Shown here: positions 51,701 through 62,000 of the stretch, piece by piece | How positions within the stretch are numbered: the first letter of the stretch is position 1 | How the letters are laid out: every line of letters begins with the position of its first letter | From: Lytechinus pictus | Lineage: Eukaryota | Assembly: GCF_037042905.1 (NCBI RefSeq) | Contig: NC_087251.1 | Coordinates: 1,736,001 to 1,798,000, forward strand | Reading direction: 5' to 3' | Length of the DNA: 62,000 nt | The notes under the pieces: generated by a model | Seen by the model: only the letters and a program-made list of their open reading frames with translations | Databases searched by the model: none | Told to the model about the DNA's origin: nothing | Position numbers and translations under genes: made by a program

Positions 51701-54700
51701 TTTTAAAGAAAATATTTAGCTTAAATAATCATGATTTTGACATTTTTTCTCATTTTGGAATATTAAGCCTGTGACGAGGATACCTCATATCTCTTATTTT
51801 CTTCTGCTGAATTTCGCTGCACCACTAATAAATGCATAGACAACCACCGTAATAATCGAGGTCATTTTTCTGGCCTGGGTGCGCCGAGTCTGGGCCGGTC
51901 GCGCAGCTAGCTAGTGACGTTGATGATGCGCTGGGGCTTCAGGCGACTCGTCATAGATCTAGCAACTTAGACAATGACGTCTAATTTGCCTGGCCTGATT
52001 TGAAGTGTAATGGCTTCAGGGCTGATGTTTATCAACGATGATTGTTCAAGGTTAGATTTCAAATTTTAAATGTCATTTGACTTTTAAGTCTATAAATCTT
52101 AAATAAAGGCGCTGTATCCCCGAAATCAAGGTCTAAATTTCAACTCTGAGTCCGAGACCATGGCATGGACGGCGAAAAAACAACCCATGCATCGGATGCA
52201 TTGCATTGGCTGCGCGCTGCGCTGCAGCTGCACTGTGATGATGGGTTCAGCGAAGAGCTCAGAGAAAATAAGGTGGTTATATTCAATCCCGAAATGCTTT
52301 GCGAGTGGTCACAAAATCGTCTCGACGCAAATCACCTAATACAGCCGTCTGGTGAAATCGCTGATAACAACAATCACCGATTTGGTAATGATTTTAGTTT
52401 CCTGAAACTTATATTTGTAAAGTTTTAGATATCAAAGTATGTTTTTATATGTATGTATATTCCTCAACATATTTTTTAATTTATCTTTGATATTGTTGTA
52501 GTCATATTCTTTCATATTCGTTTTTTGATCGCTACTAATTTGTTGTTGTATTGGATCGGCATTTGATTTCGTTGGCATGAACAATAAAATACGCGCGCAG
52601 CTCAGTTGCATGCGCGTATCGAGTTGACCTTCCTTATAGCAACACGCTTGTGTGTTGCTGCCCTCTACGTTCGTTGGTCTAGTCAAAAGCAATCGCATAG
52701 GCCAATGAAACTCGATGTCGAGTTTCCCGTCCCATTTTTTCCAGCTCATAATGAGGATATCATTATTCATTATTTTCTAGAAGATGAAAGTTTGACCTTT
52801 TGTAACCTTTGAACGCACTTTTATTCTGTGGAACTGTCTTGAAGCCAGGGAGCAAACCAATCATTTTTTTTCGGGGGTTCCATTTTCATTTTTTTGTAAT
52901 ATTTCAGGGTCTCCATTTCTACCGTTTTGGAGGCTACTTTTTTCATTTCGGGGGCTCTTTTCAAATGCTACGTTTTTGTATTTTGAGGAATCCCTGTTCA
53001 CTTATTAAATTAATTATTACTTATTGTTTAATATTGCATGATTTTAAAGTTATTTTTTTCATGCTTAGAATCTTGGATGTGGGTGTGTTTGTGTGGGTGT
53101 GACTATGAGTTGAACTTGGATATAAATGAATTCAATATCTAATTTCTACTCCATCTAATTCCAGTACTTGGCCATGTAATAAAGGCCCACATACCCTAAC
53201 TTTTCCTGATGTTCTTTGAAAACGCAGATCTCCACGAAAATTGCATTTCTCTATGGGGGAGTCTAAATTTGGTGAGAATGAACTCATTAATAACTTAAAA
53301 ATACATGACAATGAAGAAATCATCTAACTTTATTGGCAGTTTTGAATAATATTCCCGAAATATAAACTCTGTCTGAAACATAAAATCACCATCATTGAGG
53401 CCTTTACAGAGCGAATTGTCCCCCAGAGCTCTGGCAGAGAGACAGAGCTCAGACTGGCTAGCTAGTACAAGCGCCAATGCGTACGTGCGTGAGCCTCTCG
53501 TCGGCCTTGTAAAACAGATTGAGTTTTGTTTGATGATTTTTTTGTCTGATATGCCGTATGACAACTCACCAATGCAAGGTTACTAGACTATGGGATTTAT
53601 TGAGGTAGCTCGACCAAACCTCGAGCGATGTTCGTGCAGGCTCCACTCCACTTCACTACCGCTACATCGGGTAGGTAGAGCGTAGTGTAGCAGAAGTGAA
53701 GTTGAGTGGAGCCTGCACGAACATCGCTCGAGGTGTGGTTGAGCATGCAGTGTCATTCCATTCACAAGAAAAAAACAAGAAAATAATTACAGGTATTTAC
53801 ATGATATACAAGTAATTGTGACTGAAAAGCTTATATTAATGTTTTATATCAGTTCTGAATCTAGATCTATGTCAAAATAGTAAAATAATGAATTATTTTC
53901 AGAATTTGATTTTTAAACACGGTCCAAATTTCATAACGCGGGCGGGCGACGGGAAACTGAACATCGAATTTGCTGGGCTACAACATGTAGCTAGCGCGCG
54001 CTGAGATGCGGCTCCGATCCGAGGAGTTAATTGCGCAATGCTTTCGATTACGAGATCAGAGCCGACCCATTTCGGGTACAAAGTAACCCCAAAAAACATT
54101 TTCTCTCCGGAATAAAAGGCGAATTTGCAAATTGTAAGTAAATTCACTCTAGGCTAGGTTAGTAGTTGGCATATATTTTCGTGATTTGTGCCTGTATAGT
54201 GTGGGGATTGCAGAAATAATTTTCATTTTTCAAAGATAAATTTACTTGCGGGTTAAGGACGTTCCACAGTTAAAGTGAAATCCATGTCATTTTCACCAAA
54301 CTTTGCACATTGATACTTAAGAACCTTAATATTCGAAATATGCAAAAATTAACATAGGTCCATGTGCTTGATTTTTCGCTATAGAGCTTCAAAGTTCACC
54401 CAAATTGATGTTCTTAAGAATTGCGCATTCAAAAGAATTTGGCATTTTTAGACCGCCCAAGATTACTACAATGAGTTTAAACCTCTATTACTCAGTCAAA
54501 ATACATGAAAAGGTCATCAAATTTCGCAAGAGAGTTAATAATTGTATCGTTAGAATGGAGAATTTATTTATAGTGCTATTTGTTTGCAATTTTAAGTTTA
54601 ACAGCACTGTCAGTTCTTAAAAACTGCGTAAGAGATAACAAAATCCCGATCTAAAAAATGTAAAATTTCAGTAACAAACTACAAACGTACAATAAATGCT

Positions 54701-57700
54701 GCACTTTATTAAAAATCCATGTCATTTTCACCAAAATTTGCAGAGTTGTAGAGGTAGGTATACCTAAGAGGTACAAACATTAAAAAATAGGGGTTCATGT
54801 GCTTGTTTTTAAACTATCAGCATTTTTATTAGAGCAAATGTGCTTTTTAAAACACAAAAAATGCGCCGAATGCTTTGTATCTATGTGAAGAAAAAATAAA
54901 AAACACTCTACCATTTATTCAAACTCGGGGTAATATTCGTGATTCTTGGCAGCACTGCAGAGTGAAGTATTTTGAAATTGTAGAGATTTTTTTTTGAATG
55001 GTCCATGAAATAATTCCATTTTTTAGCTTCATGAAATAACGCATCGGATCTACAGTTAAAGTGCAGAAGATGAGAAAAATCAGCTCACACCCGCAGCTAA
55101 TTAATCACCTGTTCATCCATTGTGACGTCAGCGCGCAGAGTGTAAACTATGCGCAGATCATAATGCGCACAAACATAACTGTGGAACGTCCTTAAAACCC
55201 GACGGGTCAGCGGGTCCCGCTTGCAAATTATTGGATTATACGGGACGGTACGGTTCGGGTTTTCACTTGCGGGTTACAACATTACTTACAGGTTGTTGTT
55301 TTGTCTTAAGAGTATGGCTTAGTGAATTTTATCATTATTTTATTTTCTTAATAATTGTTAGTTTTAGTAAGCCCTTGTTTGATTATTCATAAATGAAAAG
55401 AGGTAATATGTATTTATGATATCTGTTACTTTTCTTATCTATCAAACTTTTTAATGTTTAAACCTTGGCCCTGGCTTTGTTTTATTATTCAATTGGAATT
55501 GGGGTAAATTTAATCTATATTAATACACTACTTAAATGATCTCTAAGCTCTGTATGAAAACAGGTCATTGTCATCCTTTGGTTTTGTTTTCATGGTATAA
55601 GGCCCTGTCATTATTTCAAGTTCAGCTTCAATTTTGGTTTGATTTGGGTTGTTATGTAGAGGGAGATGGAGGTACTACATGAATGCAAAATGAGGTTGAT
55701 ATTTTTTCACTCTTTTCTTTTGTATGGTTTTGAAGGATATTGGTGACTATGAGTGGACTCATTGGAGGAAGATTTTCTTTTCTCCTGGTGTATTGATTGT
55801 AATGGTTCTACATGCTGCTCTAGGAAGGATTGTAGGTTATGTTTATCCCAAGGTAAACATTCATTCAAATTTCTCTGTACAGTTTTTATAATACATTACC
55901 AATCTTACATGTATGTCCCGTTTGTATTTGTTTGAATACTGCTATTTTCAGAAGAGGTTTTTCAAAGAAAAAGTCAGAAATGGACTTGTTGTTGAGAAAA
56001 TGTATTCAAATTGTGAATGTTCCATTCATGGGTTGTTTGTTACACAGGATTTCACAGATATGTCTCAAAATGAACAATCTATGTTACTTTGAATGAAGTA
56101 TGCATACATAGGTTTTTTTGAATGGCTTGGAACTTTTTGGTAAGTTTCAGGTTCTCAAGGATAACATGTGTTTACAAATTATGCCTAGAAGATAGATATT
56201 AATTAATTTTTCAATTTCTGTATATGTAATATAGATAATTTCATATATTTATGATCCGTTTTATGTGCATTTGTTTCATGCAGTATCGGACTGTGTTCTT
56301 ACTCTGCTTTGCTGTTGTCAGCATTTATCTGTTTGTGGGTCTTCGACTCCTCTTGTATTTCCTTTGTCATTCCTTGTTCATCTATACAATAATATGCACT
56401 GGTAGCATGTCTACAGTTTGGTTTATTGTGCTGTTGCAGATAGCTTCTATCAACCTCAATTCCTTTCTTCAATTCCAGGTATGAAAAGAACCCTGTTTTG
56501 TAAGGGTTTTTTAACCAATAATGCACTTATCAATTATATTCCCGGCCCTGGGGGTCCCGGGACATAGCGGGGACAATCATTGAAGTTAGCGGGGACGTGT
56601 ACAAACTTTTTTCCCGGCACTGCTGGGACATAGCGGGGACTGTCTCAAAGATGTCACACCATAGTACAGGGGGAAAACACACGGGATCAGACGACCAACG
56701 AGCGATTTCGCTCTGAAATTGCGCTCGCATTGATACCCCCTAAAAAGGGAATAGAAATTGAGCGATTGGGAAAAGTATAGGCCTATCACTCCCTTTTAAA
56801 GATCTAGGCCTATCTATCGTCTAGAGATCTAGAAAAATCTAGATCTACTAGGTCTACATGTAAGAAGACATCACCATCTGACCATGATCACAAATCCTCT
56901 AGAATTCAAATATGTGCATCTTGCCCCACCAGAAATGTCCACAGAAATCGACCCAAAGCACTCAAGCTTGCGAATCTGATCCGAAATCAGGGGCTTCAAA
57001 TAAAATCAATTGCCTTCAAAGGATCGGAATATTCAGGCCAAGAAATCCATCCATGCAATCTTTCGAAGGTAGTCCGTACAGCTACAGTACAGACGGTGCG
57101 GCTTGGAAGAGGACACTCTTCCCAAAACCGATGGGCTAGTATAGGCAGGCTCGCTCACGAATTCCTGGCCACGCCAACGCCATGAACGACGGGCGCACCA
57201 GCTGTACTTTATATAGTCCGAGTTTTTCAGCTCCATTTCCAAAGATTTTGTGATCTTGTTGTCAGAAAACACAGATAAACTGTAACTGATTGCAACAAAA
57301 ATACAATGTTTTATTGCAGCTGATCTTCGAGGGCTATCCTGAAAACAACATTGATGAACAACAAAACAAGCGATGTTGGTATTGCTCCGAGACCAACGAC
57401 ACGTTTTTACAACTTATCTTTATCTGGATCTAGATCTATAAACTTTCGTTTTTTTGCCATATACATTAAGTACTACAAAACATTATCGGTTTTACTATGA
57501 TTATGTTTTGATTTACTGGCTTTGTGATTGATTTTTTTTTTTTGTAAACATTTAATTTAAAAAGATTTTCTACTCTTTGTCGATCGATATGAAATGCAAT
57601 AGATATGGTATGCAAGTTGCCACATACCACGTACGAGATTAAAAATGGCAATGAAAATACGGTAGCCGGGCAGAGGCCGGGGATGTACAGTGAGTCCCGG

Positions 57701-60700
57701 CGTAGGTGGGCCGGGCGTATGCGGGGATTGTCACATCGTACCCTGCTAGCGGGGGCGGGGACATAGCGGGGGATGTACAGAAAATGAGCGCCCGGCAGGG
57801 CCGGGACTTCGAGTTATTGTAGCGGGGACGTAGGCGGGGATGTCACGCCGGCAAAACGTACACTTCCCGCTATGTCCTGGGACTCCCAGGGCCGGGAATA
57901 TAATTGACAAGTGCATAAATGTTACTTGAATTTTCTTCCAACCAATTATAAAGTCAAATTTCTATGATTAATGACTTGTTATTTTTAAGGTGCTATTGAA
58001 GATTTGGTTCAGTTGTGATAGGAAAAGTAAAATTCATGTGATATTGATTGAAAAATAGTCTCATATTGACCAACTTTCTTTACAAGTTTCATGCAAAAGA
58101 TCATCTCATGTTAATTAGTCAAGTGGTTACATTTCAACTGTTACTGTTTAGGCTACACTTTGGGGGTTTAGCTGAAAGTGTTCTATGTCTATGTGCATAG
58201 TGCTTTGTATGAGATAATAAAGATATCAGTTGGAAATCTCATTTATCTTACATATGAGTGGTACAAGTAATTTTCTTACAATACCCAGGCATAGAATTCA
58301 GTGTTTATATTTTTGCCATAAATTTATGGACCTATTTGGATAAATTATTTAAGATTAATAATTTAACCTCATTGTGCTGTTGTGTCTTGGAAAATGTTCA
58401 CTTTTGAAACTTAAGTTTAAGTCTAAGCATGCTCTTGAATGTAGCTTCAATCCAATAAGTACATGTAACATTAATATCAACCTTTCTATGCAAGGTTTTT
58501 GTTCAATCACAAAAGGAATCAACACAATATTCTCAATTTTCTCTCAGCGGTATATATTCACAGATGAGGATGATCTGAACATGATGATTTTCACTTTAGC
58601 AATGTGTTCTTTAAGACATATCAGTTTTGCTTACGAGTTCTGCCACTACCATTCCATGCCTGTAGCTGATAGACCTGCAGATAAACAGTATTGGAGTATC
58701 CTAGATTTCCTACTCTATATCTACTACTTACCTCTCTTCTTTGGTGGACCTGTTCTCACATACGATAAATTTTCTAAACAGGTAAGCATAAAGGTGAAAG
58801 ATCAAGTATGACTGTGTTTTCCAAACATTAACTTCAATGTTTTAAAGGCTTTGTCTCATTTGCTGTGGTAAAGTGCAATCTTTACTACAAGTTGATATCA
58901 TGCATATTTATGCTTATGTTGAATTTGATTTGTGATTTTGATCTGTTTTGATTATTTAGTGATTCAATAAAATCATTGAATGCAGCTGTAATTGCCATGC
59001 TCTTAAAATGACTAATTATTGCTGCTGCCACTATTGACTTGATCAGAGTAACCATGCTAAAGCCAGAATAATAGTATGCAGCACTTAGAAGCATTATATT
59101 AAAAGCTATATATAAATGTTGTCTATTAATATCATCATGATTATTATGATATATATGGACAGATTTTGTGAAGCATATTAACACTGACAAGTTGAAAGTC
59201 ATAAACTATTGTTTCTTGGCCAATTGAAACTAAGAATTTCACTAAATTATCAGAGCTGATCCTCTCAATTGTTGGAGACATGATGTGCAAATGAAGGTTG
59301 ATACTGTCTTCCTTATTTAGTTCAGATTTGCAATCTATGAAAGGTTCTTCACTGGGATAGTGCAGAATTGATTTGGATCTACCCTGTCATAATCATTCTG
59401 TTGTTAATCAAGGCTCCCATATGAAGGGGTATAATTCTTTGTTTTCTTCTGCCTATGCAGATAAATTTAAGAATCCACATGTTGAACATAGTTGAATGGA
59501 AGCACATATTGAAGGAGCTTTTCAGGTACATCTTCTGGGCCATGTTCATTGAAACTGTCCTTCATTTCTTGTACTTCCCTGCATTTCATCAAAGGCAGAC
59601 CCTATTCAATAGCTTGTCAGTATGGGCCGTGGGTAAGTCTTTAAAAACATTTATTAGCATTAGATGAATTGTCAATTAGTCAACCCAATGCCAGCATTGC
59701 TTTATTTTCCTTTCAAACAATATTATTTAACATCACAGTGAAATATTTGACTTATATAGCAAAACTACACTGGAAGGAAATGCTTATTTTTCTCTAATGT
59801 GATCTTTGTCTTATTTTGTTAAAGGCTGCACAGAAATGTGATTTGTTTATCTGAATGGGTTCAATTTTGGGAAGAGATCATCATTCCAAGGAATCAATGA
59901 AATATGGAAATACATGTATAGCTTTATAAAATTTAGCATTTTTCATATATTTTCCTGTATTTTGTTTTTATATTAGGTGGATAGTTTTTATGTCAGAAAT
60001 TTTGAAAAACATGTTGCTTTGGATATGTACATGAATGTTGCGTAATTTTGGAACCGTTTACCGGGGGTCACAAATTTGTTCTAAAAATTTGCAATAGTTT
60101 TAATAGACTCGAAAAAAAAGTCATGAAATGGTGTAGCACAAGCTTTTCATGATTTAACAAGAAAAAAGTTGAGGGGAGTGGGTTGAATCAGCCCCTGGCT
60201 ATAGAGTTACTCCAATTTAGATTAGACCAATTAAGTGACAATATAATGTTGTTATCTTATGGTATATCATACAGGTGGTTTAGGCCTTTGTCAGCTGCTC
60301 TTCTTCCAGATGAAGTACACAGTGATGTATGGTCTACCAAGAGTTCATGCTATGTTTGATCACATCAATGCTCCTCTTCCACCTGTTTGTACACTAGGCA
60401 TGTACTTATTCCAAGATTTCTGGAGGTTTGTGACTTTCAAATGCTGTTATTGTACTATAAAATTTATGCTTTATTTTCTGTATGCAGATGATGACGGAAA
60501 CATTAATGATGGGAACAACAATGACGATGATGGTAATGATGGTGGTGGTGATGATGATAATTATTATATTGATGAAGATGACAATGATTATGACAGTAAT
60601 GGTTGTGGTGCAGGTGGTGATGATGATGATAATGATGGTGGTGGAGGTAGTAAATTTATGATTATTATTGATGAAGATGATAGAAATTATACATGGAAAT

Positions 60701-60961
60701 AATATCAAAAACAATTTAGCAACAATTCTATTTCCAGTAAAATGCTGAAGATACACTCTTCGAATAACTTGAGATAATGGTTCATATAATTTTTGTTAAG
60801 GGGAAATGAAACCTGAGACCTAACAGGGCCCATTTTCCCCCTGTGAAAGTGAAGCCATATTGGATAGCTTGTGTAGATATCTTGATGTCAATTAATGATT
60901 ATTTTTGTGCTTTCAATCCATTCAGGTACTTTGATAGAGGTCTGCATTCATTGCTTGTGAG
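48569..60961 (+). CDS. HHAT: Hedgehog acyltransferase (MBOAT family), 8 coding exons in window, 3' part beyond window
   Basis: GT-AG exons 48569-48749, 50608-50675, 55736-55852, 56284-56478, 58548-58781, 59461-59632, 60275-60425 and 60926-60961 join in phase. Translation shows HHAT motifs KDIGDYEWTHW, YYLPLFFGGPVLTYDKF, QLLFFQMKYTVMYGLP, FQDFWRYFDRGLH. The catalytic His exon lies beyond the window, so HHAT vs HHATL is not directly testable here. Confidence 0.88.
48786..50324. mobile_element. Tc1-like non-autonomous element in the intron after HHAT coding exon 1
   Basis: TA flanks; 29-bp TIR AAC(C/T)C(C/A)TCAAAAAAAGTTTGGAAATCTGA; internal tandem duplication. Confidence 0.75.
49394..49975 (-). 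mobile_element. Kolobok-type MITE family A (inverted copy)
   Basis: TTAA TSD (49390-93, 49976-79); reverse complement of 1091-1673; empty paralogous site at ~50197-50285. Confidence 0.92.
50608..50675 (+). CDS. HHAT: HHAT coding exon 2 (EYKDVLYSFNFEEGWYIFWNKDK)
   Basis: tacag| acceptor and AAG|gtatc donor; phase 1 to 0 is consistent with neighbouring exons. Confidence 0.8.
50691..51260. mobile_element. Kolobok-type MITE family C (diverged)
   Basis: TTAA flanks at 50687-90 and 51261-64; similar to 31089-31636. Confidence 0.75.
51492..52676. mobile_element. Non-autonomous DNA transposon with 56-bp TIRs, CA...TG ends, 8-bp TSD (P- or hAT-like)
   Basis: TIR CAACGAACGTAGAGGGCAGC...GGTCAACTC (1 mismatch); TSD GTCTAGTC (51484-91, 52677-84). 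Confidence 0.85.
53606..53746. mobile_element. ~140-bp hairpin MITE
   Basis: Inverted arms GCTCGACCAAACCTCGAGCGATGTTCGTGCAGGCTCCAC; the same end sequence occurs at ~40441-40457 + 41352-41400. Confidence 0.65.
54257..55191. mobile_element. Kolobok-type MITE family D
   Basis: TTAA|GGACGTTCCACAGTTA...TAACTGTGGAACGTCC|TTAA. Confidence 0.88.
55736..55852 (+). CDS. HHAT: HHAT coding exon 3 (DIGDYEWTHWR...YVYPK)
   Basis: 117 nt; conserved DxxDxEW motif; AAG|gtaaac donor. Confidence 0.88.
56284..56478 (+). CDS. HHAT: HHAT coding exon 4 (YRTVFLL...FLQFQ)
   Basis: 195-nt hydrophobic exon; cag| acceptor and CAG|gtatg donor. Confidence 0.85.
56520..57917. mobile_element. Non-autonomous DNA transposon, probably Academ-type
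   Basis: ~50-bp TIR (A/T)ATGCACTT(A/G)TCAATTATATTCCCGGCCCTGGG; 3-bp TSD AAT; subterminal GCGGGGA repeats. Confidence 0.78.
58548..58781 (+). CDS. HHAT: HHAT coding exon 5 (RYIFTDE...DKFSKQ)
   Basis: 234 nt; MBOAT YYLPLFFGGPV motif; CAG|gtaagc donor. Confidence 0.9.
59461..59632 (+). CDS. HHAT: HHAT coding exon 6 (INLRIH...SVWAV)
   Basis: tgcag| acceptor, G|gtaagt donor, phase 1. Confidence 0.88.
60275..60425 (+). CDS. HHAT: HHAT coding exon 7 (GGLGLCQ...QDFWR)
   Basis: acag| acceptor, AG|gtttg donor; conserved FFxxKYxVxYG motif. Confidence 0.88.
60488..60680. repeat. (GAT/GGT)n low-complexity tract in HHAT intron
   Basis: Degenerate trinucleotide repeat. Confidence 0.85.
60926..60961 (+). 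CDS. HHAT: HHAT coding exon 8, 36-nt exon (YFDRGLHSLLVR)
   Basis: ttcag| acceptor and AG|gtaaga donor; matches the HHAT WRYFDxGLH motif. Confidence 0.88.
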
Positions 60962-61207
60962 GTAAGATCAGTTAAAAAAATATAAATATAGGGGATGGAA
61001 AGTGATTTTTAAAACCAACTTACAGTAAGATTATTTCTTGGTGTTTCTAATATGATTCTCTGGAGAATATAATACTAATTTGATGATTGAGGAGGAAGGT
61101 GGGATAAAGCTATATCAGGAGATTTTAATGCCTCTTGTGGCTAGCTATACCTGCATGGTTCCCTAGCTGCATCAGCATCTGTTGGAGGATATTTTGACTT
61201 TGTTATA

Positions 61208-62000
61208 CAGTGCGTCCCAGAAAAAACGAAACCGAGATTTAGCGATGATTTATCATAACTTAATCGTAAATAAAATAGACAAATGACCTACCAATGTAAA
61301 GCTAAGAATCTCCTCTTTCATCTGGTATTACTTAGATTATTCCTCATTCATGCATGATTGAGCAAAAACAATTCAAAGAAAGGATGCCAAAAACTCATTT
61401 GGCGGGGGGTATTTGAATTTCAAAAAGAAAATCGCATGACTAAAAGGTTCAATATCTTCTCTTTTCTTTGATACCTAAATCACAGAAAATGGTCAAGTAG
61501 TAAAAAAGTTATGATCCCTCGAAACAATGCTTGTATTTCCATAATTTCATTAAATAAACGTGTTTTCACCGGTTTCCCACTGAAGCTATCGCACGGTAAC
61601 AAAAGACTTAATGCATGGCTGATCGTCAACAAAACGGAGTGTCGAGTGAGTTTGAACGCTAGCCTGTAAAACCTCTTCATTTTATGAAATTATTGAAATT
61701 CAAGCCTTATTTCAAATAACCAGAACTTTGTTATTTCTTGACCATTTTCTGTAATTGAGGTATCAAATTAAAGAGCAGATATTGAACTTTTAAAAAATGT
61801 GGTTTTCTTTTTAAAACCCAGATACGGCCCGCCAAGTGACTTTTTGGTATCCCCTTTTAAAATTGTTTTTGCTCACTCATGCGTGAATGAGAAATAATCT
61901 AAGTAATTTCAGATGAAAGAGGAGATTTTAAGCTTTAAAATGGTAGGTCATTTGTCTATTGTATTTGCGATTAAGTTATGATAAATCATCGATAAATCTC
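61208..62000. mobile_element. Tc1/mariner-type palindromic MITE, right end beyond window
   Basis: TA|CAGTGCGTCCCAGAAAAAA start; 61235-61510 is inverted at ~61730-62000. Confidence 0.8.

Noticed and set aside
59000..59130. Possible SINE 3' tail in HHAT intron
   Set aside because: Too degenerate to delimit confidently by eye.
60426..60702. Asp/Gly-rich C-terminal extension of the HHAT ORF
   Set aside because: Read-through into an intronic (GAT)n tract; the conserved frame resumes at exon 60926.

Overview
AT-rich, intron-containing animal genomic DNA. The repeat landscape suggests a marine invertebrate such as a sea urchin (inference). There are two host genes on the + strand: an intronless TMEM187 CDS (17487-18317) and the first eight coding exons of an HHAT-family MBOAT acyltransferase (48569-60961, continuing past the window). 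The rest is dominated by transposable elements, many delimited by eye from TIRs and target-site duplications (TSDs). The three main observations are: (1) a young non-autonomous Gypsy-derived LTR element (11433-16287) with identical 193-bp LTRs ending in non-canonical CG...CG, carrying one 801-aa ORF with a Zn-knuckle-like motif and a catalytically dead protease but no RT or integrase; (2) an 8.25-kb CCCAG...CTGGG EnSpm/CACTA-type element (3034-11287) carrying a promoter and a spliceable chimeric mini-gene built from an RTE LINE tail plus tandem exons; (3) a stack of DNA transposons nested up to six deep (26530-40262), in which successive insertions landed near the left end of the previous one. 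Also present are Kolobok-, Harbinger-, Academ-, Tc1- and hAT/P-type MITEs, decayed CR1/L2 LINEs, a decayed DDE transposase and microsatellites. All superfamily names come from termini/TSD rules or recalled protein motifs, not database searches.
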